Origin: Lingula anatina
Taxonomy: Eukaryota > Animalia > Brachiopoda
DNA: 64,000 bases
NCBI GenBank assembly: GCA_051362555.1
Contig: CM120644.1
Coordinates: 25,566,534 to 25,630,533, forward strand
Reading direction: 5' to 3'
Shown: positions 24,463 to 36,268 of the stretch, piece by piece
How the letters are laid out: each line of letters starts with the position of its first letter
Position numbering within the stretch: the stretch's first letter is position 1
The notes under the pieces: generated by a model
Database searches by the model: none
Told to the model about the DNA's origin: nothing
The model's input: the letters and a program-made list of their open reading frames with translations, nothing else
Position numbers and translations under genes: made by a program

Positions 24463-24776
24463 GTTTGGGGTAATAACTTGCCACCGATAACATCAAATCA
24501 ATATTTCAACAAAATGTGCACCCAGGTACTTAATACAAGATATTCGGCTAAAATCACGCTAAATTAGAAAATCGTCAAGTAAAACTCTGCAGTGTGTGAA
24601 TAACAATACTGATTTTATTGAAAATACAGAATATGCTTTAATTTTTGCGACATCTGTGACCAGGTACTTTCGCTATCCCATGACAGTCATGTGCCGAAGT
24701 CACAACACGGCGAGAAGTACTAGATATTAGAACACAAGTGGCGTCTTTGGACGAACAGCTAATGCCCAAGGTGAGT
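24463..24776. promoter_or_regulatory. Candidate bidirectional promoter ELP2/CPVL with candidate CPVL leader exon ending at AAG|gtgagt (24770/24771)
   Basis: CpG-containing stretch upstream of the ELP2 ATG; strong plus-strand donor; the CPVL ATG at 36079 directly follows an acceptor, so an upstream exon is expected. Confidence 0.45.
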
Positions 24777-25131
24777 TTATTCTGATTGGTGAAGAGAGTA
24801 GATTATGGTTATTTGGGTGAACTTGAAGGACAGGGGAAATGCCTGTCAGTGGGTTTCTGGGGCAGAGTGTTTGTGTGTGTGTGGTGGGGGGGGGGGGGGG
24901 GGGGGGTAGGCCGGGGGAGGGCTATTATATCACGTTACTTGTACAGTACGGCCCATACAGGAGTCTTTTCTAATAAAGTTAGAGACTTCAAATTTAATAC
25001 ACAGATACCTGTAGCTGAATATCTGGGTATAAATAAACCGTTCAATTTTTTTTTCAGATGCCCCTCTAAAAAAATGAGTCCAAATTTGCCTCACTTGATT
25101 TTCACCCCTAGAAATGCCATAGAAATTTAAT

Positions 25132-27484
25132 ATTGTCACATAATAAGTAAAGAAGCTAGGCATGAATACACATTTAGAATTGTCACATAATAAGTAAAGA
25201 AGTTAGGCATGAATACACATTTAGAATTGTCACATAATAAGTAAAGAAGCTAGGCATGAATACACATTTAGAATTGTCACATAATAAGTAAAGAAGCTAG
25301 GCATGAATACACATTTAGAATTGTCACATAATAAGTAAAGAAGTTAGGCATGAATACACATTTAGAATTGTCACATAATAAGTAAAGAAGCTAGGCATGA
25401 ATACACATTTAGAATTGTCACATAATAAGTAAAGAAGCTAGGCATGAATACACATTTAGAATTGTCACATAATAAGTAAAGAAGCTAGGCATGAATACAC
25501 ATTTAGAATTGTCACATAATAAGTAAAGAAGCTAGGCATGAATACACATTTAGAATTGTCACATAATAAGTAAAGAAGCTAGGCATGAATACACATTTAG
25601 AATTGTCACATAATAAGTAAAGAAGTTAGGCATGAATACACATTTAGAATTGTCACATAATAAGTAAAGAAGTTAGGCATGAATACACATTTAGAATTGT
25701 CACATAATAAGTAAAGAAGTTAGGCATGAATACACATTTAGAATTGTCACATAATAAGTAAAGAAGTTAGGCATGAATACACATTTAGAATTGTCACATA
25801 ATAAGTAAAGAAGTTAGGCATGAATACACATTTAGAATTGTCACATAATAAGTAAAGAAGTTAGGCATGAATACACATTTAGAATTGTCACATAATAAGT
25901 AAAGAAGTTAGGCATGAATACACATTTAGAATTGTCACATAATAAGTAAAGAAGTTAGGCATGAATACACATTTAGAATTGTCACATAATAAGTAAAGAA
26001 GTTAGGCATGAATACACATTTAGAATTGTCACATAATAAGTAAAGAAGTTAGGCATGAATACACATTTAGAATTGTCACATAATAAGTAAAGAAGTTAGG
26101 CATGAATACACATTTAGAATTGTCACATAATAAGTAAAGAAGTTAGGCATGAATACACATTTAGAATTGTCACATAATAAGTAAAGAAGCTAGGCATGAA
26201 TACACATTTAGAATTGTCACATAATAAGTAAAGAAGCTAGGCATGAATACACATTTAGAATTGTCACATAATAAGTAAAGAAGCTAGGCATGAATACACA
26301 TTTAGAATTGTCACATAATAAGTAAAGAAGCTAGGCATGAATACACATTTAGAATTGTCACATAATAAGTAAAGAAGCTAGGCATGAATACACATTTAGA
26401 ATTGTCACATAATAAGTAAAGAAGCTAGGCATGAATACACATTTAGAATTGTCACATAATAAGTAAAGAAGTTAGGCATGAATACACATTTAGAATTGTC
26501 ACATAATAAGTAAAGAAGTTAGGCATGAATACACATTTAGAATTGTCACATAATAAGTAAAGAAGTTAGGCATGAATACACATTTAGAATTGTCACATAA
26601 TAAGTAAAGAAGTTAGGCATGAATACACATTTAGAATTGTCACATAATAAGTAAAGAAGTTAGGCATGAATACACATTTAGAATTGTCACATAATAAGTA
26701 AAGAAGTTAGGCATGAATACACATTTAGAATTGTCACATAATAAGTAAAGAAGTTAGGCATGAATACACATTTAGAATTGTCACATAATAAGTAAAGAAG
26801 TTAGGCATGAATACACATTTAGAATTGTCACATAATAAGTAAAGAAGTTAGGCATGAATACACATTTAGAATTGTCACATAATAAGTAAAGAAGTTAGGC
26901 ATGAATACACATTTAGAATTGTCACATAATAAGTAAAGAAGTTAGGCATGAATACACATTTAGAATTGTCACATAATAAGTAAAGAAGTTAGGCATGAAT
27001 ACACATTTAGAATTGTCACATAATAAGTAAAGAAGTTAGGCATGAATACACATTTAGAATTGTCACATAATAAGTAAAGAAGTTAGGCATGAATACACAT
27101 TTAGAATTGTCACATAATAAGTAAAGAAGTTAGGCATGAATACACATTTAGAATTGTCACATAATAAGTAAAGAAGTTAGGCATGAATACACATTTAGAA
27201 TTGTCACATAATAAGTAAAGAAGTTAGGCATGAATACACATTTAGAATTGTCACATAATAAGTAAAGAAGTTAGGCATGAATACACATTTAGAATTGTCA
27301 CATAATAAGTAAAGAAGTTAGGCATGAATACACATTTAGAATTGTCACATAATAAGTAAAGAAGTTAGGCATGAATACACATTTAGAATTGTCACATAAT
27401 AAGTAAAGAAGTTAGGCATGAATACACATTTAGAATTGTCACATAATAAGTAAAGAAGTTAGGCATGAATACACATTTAGAATT
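25132..27484. repeat. 47-bp minisatellite (about 50 copies)
   Basis: Unit aattgtcacataataagtaaagaag(c/t)taggcatgaatacacatttag. Confidence 0.95.
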
Positions 27485-27510
27485 CAAATTCAGATTCTAG
27501 GATTTCCCCA

Positions 27511-30500
27511 GGGTCCTACGAAAATACGAAAACCGCGAAAACCGCGAAAACCAGAAGTTGCTAGGCGAAAACCTCACTATAACTTACCAATTCTCGATGT
27601 TCTTGACAAGTTGCTGTAATATTTGGATAACTTGGACCATATTACATACATCATGACCTTTGATAACGATGTTGTAATGAATTGAGTATGTAACAGCTGA
27701 GTTTTCTAGATCGGCAACTATAGTGCGTGGGAGCCATGTTTGGTTTACAATTGGCATATATAAACAGCAGTGTCCCCTCAGGCCAGTATTGCCATCTCAG
27801 GCCAGTATTGCCCTCTCAGGTTAGTAATGCTTTTCCAGGCAAGTAATACTCTCTCAAGTGCTATATGAAGTAGATAACACAGATTACCTGCATTCTTAGT
27901 AATACAAAGTTTATTAATAAATAGGAATTGATAAATATGCACAAAGTAGAACTTTTTTTTCATTCCAACCAGAAGTGAAACTACACATCAATGCTTGTAA
28001 AAAGTGCCCATTTTAATACACCATACATGTAGAGTCTATATTGTATGAGCTGTGAACCTGCATAGAATTTACACTCCTACTTTTCCAAATATAAAATGAG
28101 TAGCATTGTTTAATAAAGTGACCAGCATAGAGCAATTTATAAAGCATTATGAAAATGTAGGTTCCAATTAACATAATTGATAATATTCAATATATATAAT
28201 AATGGTGAATACAATTAAATTATTTTTATTAAAACATTTTTTCCTCTGAACTTGATCCATGGTCACTGATTTTGTTATTTAATCACATTTTATCTTACTC
28301 TTTTTGAAAAGATATTCATGCACAGCCATTTGTTACACTTATTGTTTTTCACTTAATAAACCAAATCCATTTCTAAAGCATCAATTAATTTATTGATTGT
28401 ATATATGTGCATCCTAAGGTGTCTAATACACATTTTACCTTCAAATCAATGTGTTTAATTGTTTTTACATTTGGGTTCTGTGTATGTGCCAGTATACAGA
28501 GGTAAGCTCTTTTAACTCTGAAAAAATGTCAATAGTCAGTTAATCATGCATATATATTATACGCACAATAATGGAGAAAAAAAAGGAAAAAAGAACACAC
28601 ATTAAACACATGTACTGGTACTCTGATTTGCAGGAGGCATTTTCTCTTGAAAGGAGATATAAGAGATTACAACTGCATGATGATATGTGATTGACATAAT
28701 AAATAGTTTACTCCTAGACTAGAGTTTTAGGCAGTGCACATCTAATTTCGTAATTGATATGATATGATAATCTTTCAATTCCATATCTATTTCATCATTT
28801 CTGTGTCTATGCTGTGTTTTAACACTTCAACTTTTTGTATGGTAAGTTTTTATCAGTTTGAAGCACCCTGCATGTGTTTTGTTGAAGATTGCCAAAAAGC
28901 AAATGAAGTTATGTATATCAAGATAGTCCATAACATATTAACACCTTGGTATTTTCCATTATTTGCTGAATATTGGCATGCTGTAATATTAAGGGACTGT
29001 TGACAGTTCTTATTTGCCAGGAAGTTGATCAATAGTAAATAATAGTGTGTGCTTGTATATTTCATTTGCCATATATTTAAAGCATGTAATATACCAAATT
29101 TGGGCCAGTTTTGGGCCTTGCTTTGTCTTGGGATTGCATTCTGCTTGGTATAATAAAAGGAATATGAAATAAAAAGTGTTAGTTTTCTTGTAAAGAATAT
29201 TATTACCTCTGCCAAGGAGGCTATGTTTTCACCCCTGTTTGTTTGTTTGTCATCATCATAACTAAAAAGTTATGGATAAATTTCGATGGCATTTTCAGGG
29301 TAGGTCAGAAATGGGTTAACTTAGAAGTGATTAGTTTTTGGTGGTGATCTGGATCTATAATCAATCAATAATAAAAAAACTAAATCATTATAGAATGAAA
29401 ATTTAGGAGTGAATTTGGATGGACATTCTTCTGCCTTAGTGGAGGTCTGCGGTCTCTTATTGCTTTTCTAGTTGCCATTATTAATAAACTATTGTGTACA
29501 CTTTGTACTTTAAAAGTATTATAAGTTCTCAACCAATGCACTTCTCAATGGTGTATAATATATTGGGAAAGGAAGGTAACATTTTTGAAACAGATCATTA
29601 GTCCACTATTCTGAATGTGGCCTATATTTGTAAAATTGTCAGCTCTCTACCGTATTAATTCTCCTCTAAAACTTTATTCCTTTAAATATCTGGCCAAATA
29701 AGAATTATGCTTTGGCAATAGCATATAGCTCCCATATGATTTGAACTACTTTTGAAAGGGGACATTATTCTAGGTCAAAAACAAATGTTGCTTTAGTTCT
29801 AAATGCTTTAGCCATCATAAATGGGTTTAAACCCTGATAAAACTATAATCAATACTTAGACAAATTATGAATCTACATAATTAAGGTCATAGATTGTGTT
29901 GCGCTTTACAGAGCACCCATACATATTCATATGTAACATGTTCTAAGGCCAAAATAAAAAAACTTCAGACACATGCATTGAACGATTTGGATGTGTTTAT
30001 TCTCAGAACTCGCTAGTCTGAAATGCAGACCGCATACACAGCACAAATTGCGTTTTCTTAAAAGAATTTTTGTATCTTTCTGATTACCATTGGGATTTAC
30101 TACCTACTGAATTCATGTCATTGTTTATATGTTATGATTGGATCAGTCCAATAAGTATTGTGGTTAGGAGGGTTAAGTTGACAATGGCTAACTGTTATCT
30201 GCAGGTGTAAAAGAAATGACTAAATTGCATATATTAAATTTGGTGTGGTAAAATGGTTCAAATTTTGTGAAGACCTGGGATTTCTTTCACACAAACAAGT
30301 TAACAAGCTAACAAACAGAAAAGTATTTTTTGAGACACACGTTATAAATACTTATTTCATCGAGTTAAAGATGCATCTAAAAATGCATATTCATCATATC
30401 TTCTAATATCATAAAACAGACAGAAGGCCAAGCACACAGTTGGGTAGAATTCTTATAGGAAAAAAACATACAGTCTGTGTATTCTGGAAATTCAACACCT

Positions 30501-32299
30501 ATGGGATCTTTAATTAACTGATGGTCATTATGATTGCATACTTTTCACAAACAAATGCACCCTTGGATTCTAATTAAAGTCAATTAATTAGATTCTGTTA
30601 ATTTTAAGTGCTCTCTGACCTTTTTTTAAATGAATTAACACAATCTATATACATCCATTTGAAAGAAACAGAAAATTGAAAAATTGAAAAATTAAGTGGC
30701 ATACAACATAATCCCCATCAATTTTTATTTATCTACTTTAAGTAATACTGTTTATTGTAACTGCTCTCTGACTTTTTTTTTAACGAATTAACACAATATT
30801 AAATATATACATCCATTTGAAAGAAACAAAATCGAAAAATGAAGTGATATACAACATAATAACCATCGATTTTTATTTATCTCCTCTAGGAGGTTTTCAT
30901 GCATTTTGATGCAATAATACATAATCTTTAACAGCATTACCACCAACAATGTTATGGATAACTAATAAATGGGTTTCATGCCCATATTGAAAATGCAAAA
31001 AAAAAAAAGAAAAAAAAAGTGAATGAAATTCTACCCTAAACTGCATAACTTTCAGACAAAAAATAATAAATAAATAAATAATGAGGTACAAGATAGAAAA
31101 TATCAATGCTGATGCAATAATACATTTTGCTCGACAGCAGAGTCAGCAACAAATATCACATGGCTTCAGGCCCATTAATTCAAATTCTCAGCTCTGTTTG
31201 AAAATGACAAAATGTGTAAAAAATTCACCAAGAAATTGCAAAAATTTATGGAAAATAAGTAGCAGTGAACTTAAATTTGTTGACACTGACAGCTAGATGG
31301 ACTTAATTAGTGACAGCTAAGACTGCAGCTGTAACTAGTTAAGTCTTGATCATTTCTTGATCATTATTGATTTAGCACTTACCTGAGGGCACAGAGCCAC
31401 AGAAGCATACCATTAATGACAACCAGATCCTAATGAGTGTAATGTCAAATGAACCTACAAGTTCTTTGATAAAACTGTTATTAATTTAAAATATACTACA
31501 ATCCATGCATTAAAAATAAAAAGCACGCAAGTCCACGGGTCAGTATTAACAATACACTGTAGTTTTCTCAGAATAAGACTTTAGTCCCTTTTCTTAAAAA
31601 ATAAATTGCCAGTGCACAAATTGACCAAATATGTATTGATAACTGTTTTGGTAAAATGGAATTTGGTATGCAGAGAGCCTTTATTTTAACATGATTTGAA
31701 CAAACAAAAACAACTTTTTTATGATGAAAAACATTTAATGATTCAATATTTCTTTTGTAAAGTTTAATGCAATACAAAGTTCTTACAACTTCATGTACAG
31801 TTAGAAGGAATTTTTCTCATGCACAAATAACACATTTACAAATAAAGCATTAATTAACTTAAAGTTGGTACAATGTTGTAAATGTTACTTGATAAATGTT
31901 TGTCAGTGTCTTATATGTATATATGTATTAAGTAAGCAGAAAATATTGTGCTGTTATCCACATTCATATGCCTGAGAGAGCATTACTGGCATGAGAGGGC
32001 AATACTGGCCTGAGATGGCAATACTGGCCTGAGGGGACACTGCTGTTTATATATGCCAATTGTAAACCAAACATGGCTCCCACGCACTATAGTTGCCGAT
32101 CTAGAAAACTCAGCTGTTACATACTCAGTTCATTACAACATCGTTATCAAAGGTCATGATGTATGTAATATGGTCCAAGTTATCCAAATATTACAGCAAC
32201 TTGTCAAGAACATCGAGAATTGGTAAGTTATAGTGAGGTTTTCGCCTAGCAACTTCTGGTTTTTGCGGTTTTCGCGGTTTTCGTATTTTCGTAGGACCG
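27511..32299. mobile_element. Non-autonomous long-TIR DNA transposon (MULE/Mutator-like), about 305-bp TIRs, 9-10-bp TSD
   Basis: 27512-27817 is the near-perfect reverse complement of 31992-32298; (g)atttcccca duplicated on both flanks; AT-rich interior with no transposase ORF. Confidence 0.88.
29200..29473 (+). mobile_element. Short HINE/DINE-like element nested in the long-TIR element
   Basis: ttattacctctgccaaggagg start, (gttt)n microsatellite, ccttagtggaggt subTIR, ctagtt end. Confidence 0.7.
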
Positions 32300-33015
32300 A
32301 TTTCCCCAAGCAGAGTTATATCTTTGGAAATAGCTAAAGATGTGTGCAATATAGGAAATGTACTGTTTATTTATTGATACAATGTTTCTTAAGTATATGC
32401 TGTACCTTGACTTTAAGCACTTGCGCTGTGCCGTTTTCTCATCGGGGTATTTTGGTGAGATTTTTGCCTCTTGCGCAACAGAGCAAAATATCTCACATGT
32501 TTGATATTTTTGGCCTCTTGAGGCAAATGGCTAAGGGTGTGCGGGGTGCAGGCACCGATTGCTCAAGTCATTGCAACAATGCACATGTGCCGGTAGCCGG
32601 AAACAAAAAAAAATGGCAGCCCCCAGTGAAGTCAACAAAATTGTACACAGTTATAGTTAGTCCGATTGATTAACGTGGTCACCATTTTCCATTACTTTCA
32701 GAAAAAAATCAATATGTAATGTTTCCTTAATCACATGATCCCACAGTTCATGGTGTGTCTGATAGAGGCAGGCCAGGCGGCTCTGCTAAGCAAAGAGCGC
32801 AGCACAAGTGGCACGCACCAATTGCTCACCATGTGTTGGGGGGGCTTTAGAAAGATGTTCAGTTTAAAAGTTTGGGCATCATTTTCACTTTCAACTTTTG
32901 ATTGATTGTCAAAAAACTTGTCCAGATGCAGTAGTTATATGAAGCAACATTTATTTTAAAAATGGGTAAAAATCTGGGGACACTATAAATGACAGTTTCG
33001 ATATATAAGCATATA

Positions 33016-34241
33016 ACTAGCACCACTTCTTATCATCTGACATCCTAGTTACCAGCACCACTTTTTATCATCTGACCTCCTAGTTACCAGCACCACTTCT
33101 TATCATCTGATATCCTAGTTACCAGCACCACTTCTTATCATCTGACATCCTAGTTACAAGCACCACTTCTTATCATCTGACATCCTAGTTACCAGCACCA
33201 CTTCTTATCATCTGACATCCTAGTTACCAGCACCACTTCTTATCATCTGATATCCTAGTTACCAGCACCACTTCTTATCATCTGACATCTTAGTTACTAG
33301 CACCACTTCTTATCATCTGACATCCTAGTTACCAGCACCACTTCTTATCATCTGACATCTTAGTTACTAGCACCACTTATCATCTGATATCCTAGTTACT
33401 AGCACCACTTCTTATCATCTGATATCCTAGTTACTAGCACCACTTCTTATCATCTGATATCCTAGTTACTAGCACCACTTCTTATCATCTGATATCCTAG
33501 TTACCAGCACCACTTCTTATCATCTGACATCTTAGTTACTAGCACCACTTCTTATCATCTGATATCCTAGTTACCAGCACCACTTCTTATCATCTGATAT
33601 CCTAGTTACTAGCACCACTTCTTATCATCTGATATCTTAGTTACCAGCACCACTTCTTATCATCTGACATCCTAGTTACTAGCACCACTTCTTATCATCT
33701 GATATCCTAGTTACTAGCACCACTTCTTATCATCTGATATCCTAGTTACTAGCACCACTTCTTATCATCTGATATCCTAGTTACCAGCACCACTTCTTAT
33801 CATCTGGCATTCTAGTTACCAGCACCACTTCTTATCATCTGACATCCTAGTTACTAGCACCACTTCTTATCCTCTGATATCCTAGTTACAAGCACCACTT
33901 CTTATCATCTGACATCCTAGTTACCAGCACCACTTCTTATCATCTGACATCCTAGTTACCAGCACCACTTCTTATCATCTGATATCCTAGTTACCAGCAC
34001 CACTTCTTATCATCTGATATCCTAGTTACTAGCACCACTTCTTATCATCTGACATCCTAGTTACTAGCACCACTTCTTATCATCTGACATCCTAGTTACT
34101 AGCACCACTTCTTATCATCTGACATCCTAGTTACCAGCACCACTTCTTATCATCTGACATCTTAGTTACTAGCACCACTTATCATCTGATATCCTAGTTA
34201 CTAGCACCACTTCTTATCATTTGACCTCCTAGTTACCAGCA
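33016..34241. repeat. 35-bp minisatellite (about 35 copies)
   Basis: Unit tagttaccagcaccacttcttatcatctgacatcc. Confidence 0.95.
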
Positions 34242-34472
34242 CACTGTTACTGATGGCAAATGTGCATTGATTACAAAATGTGGTCTGCCTAAATTGCACA
34301 ATACTGCACAAAACAAGTCCAGTTGCAATTAAACAAATGAAACGTATGGTCATTCCCAACAAAATTAGTTGCTATAAAAGTGAAATTAATCTCGTTGATA
34401 TATATCTCAACAAATCAGCAATACTTGTAAAGCTTTCGGTTAGCTGCCATGTTGGCGAGTGGCTCTTCTTGG

Positions 34473-35065
34473 CAATAATGTATTGTGTAATTTAGGCACA
34501 GCCAGTCATGTGTGGGAGGCCTGGTTAAGGCTGCTGTGAGGTTTGACTGTTCCATCACCATTATCAAGAATATATGGATCTGTTTATATATAATAATGTA
34601 TTGTGTAATTTAGGCACAGCCAGTCATGTGTGGGAGGCCTGGTTAAGGCTGCTGTGAGGTTTGACTGTTCCATCACCATTATCAAGAATATATGGATCTG
34701 TTTATATATAATAATGTATTGTGTAATTTAGGCACAGCCAGTCATAAGCGGGAGGCCTGGTTAAGGCTGCTGTGAGGTTTGACTGTTCCATCACCATTAT
34801 CAAGAATATATGGATCTGTTTATATATAATAATGTATTGTGTAATTTAGGCACAGCCAGTCATAAGCGGGAGGCCTGGTTAAGGCTGCTGTGAGGTTTGA
34901 CTGTTCCATCACCATTATCAAGAATATATGGATCTGTTTATATATAATAATGTATTGTGTAATTTATGCACAGCCAGTCATAAGTGGGAGGCATGGTTAA
35001 GGCTGCTTTGAGATATGATAGTTCCATCACCATTATCAAGAATATTTGGATCTGTTTATATATAA
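34473..35065. repeat. 119-bp tandem repeat (5 copies)
   Basis: ataatgtattgtgtaatttaggcacagcc...gatctgtttatatata. Confidence 0.93.
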
Positions 35066-35251
35066 TTCACATGGCATCCACTTTTAAATGTGGCGATGGT
35101 AAATTTTTGTAACATTCACAGCTCATTAGGTCATGTTTATGGAGTTGGTTGGATGGTAATCAATATTTCTAGCCTTCAGATTATAATTTTTTTCCATGAC
35201 ACTTAAAAACTTTTATCGACCATAACCTTTCACTAATTCACTGATGAAGAA

Positions 35252-36057
35252 TGATAATGATGTAATACCAGTACAGTGTTCCAGTAGCAGCGTAGTACTT
35301 TATAATGATGTAATACCTGTACATTGTACCAGTAGCAGTGTAGTACTTTATAATGATGTAATACCAGAACATTGTACCAGTAGCAGTGTAGTACTTTATA
35401 ATGATGTAATACCAGTACATTGTACCAGTAGCAGTGTAGTACTTTATAATGATGTAATACCAGTACATTGTACCAGTAGCAGCGTAGTACTTTATAATGA
35501 TGTAATACCAGTACATTGTACCAGTAGCAGCGTAGTACTTTATAATGATGTAATACCAGTACATTGTACCAGTAGCAGCGTAGTACTTTATAATGATGTA
35601 ATACCAGTACATTGTACCAGTAGCAGCGTAGTACTTTATAATGATGTAGTACCAGTACATTGTACCAGTAGCAGCGTAGTACTTTATAATGATGTAATAC
35701 CAGTACATTGTACCAGTAGCAGCGTAGTACTTTATAATGATGTAATACCAGTACATTGTACCAGTAGCAGCGTAGTACTTTATAATGATGTAGTACCAGT
35801 ACATTGTACCAGTAGCAGCGTAGTACTTTATAATGATGTAATACCAGTACATTGTACCAGTAGCAGCGTAGTACTTTATAATGATGTAATACCAGTACAT
35901 TGTACCAGTAGCAGCGTAGTACTTTATAATGATGTAATACCAGAACATTGTACCAGTAGCAGCGTAGTACTTTATAATGATGTAATACCAGTACATTGTA
36001 CCAGTAGCAGCGTAGTACTTTATAATGATGTAATACCAGAACATTGTACCAGTAGCA
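35252..36057. repeat. 51-bp minisatellite (about 16 copies) ending 20 bp before the CPVL first-coding-exon acceptor
   Basis: Unit tataatgatgtaataccagtacattgtaccagtagcagcgtagtactt, stop-free in two frames. Confidence 0.93.
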
Positions 36058-36078
36058 AGGGAATTTTTTTTTCTTCAG

Positions 36079-36268
36079 ATGAGATCCACATTCTTTGTCC
36101 TGTTGCTGATGGCAATGATAGGACTACTTGGACAGTTTACGGAGGGTAGACGTGGTCCTTTGGCTGCCATATTTGATAAGAAGATTCCTCCCATGAACAA
36201 CACTGGGGTGGATCCTGGGCAACCTCTCTTCCTGACCCCCCTCATAGAGAAAGGCCAGATAGCACAAG
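36079..36268 (+). CDS. CPVL: CPVL coding exon 1 ([11 protein letters not shown]...[17 protein letters not shown])
   Basis: ttcttcag|ATG, hydrophobic signal peptide, gtaggt donor. Confidence 0.9.

Noticed and set aside
32418-32810. Imperfect inverted repeat cacttgcgctgtgc / gcgcagcacaagtg as a MITE
   Set aside because: Short, mismatched and no clear TSD; possibly an old element but not supportable.
35238-36149. 268-aa and 301-aa ORFs on opposite strands
   Set aside because: Translations of a 51-bp minisatellite; the plus-strand ORF is out of frame with CPVL.
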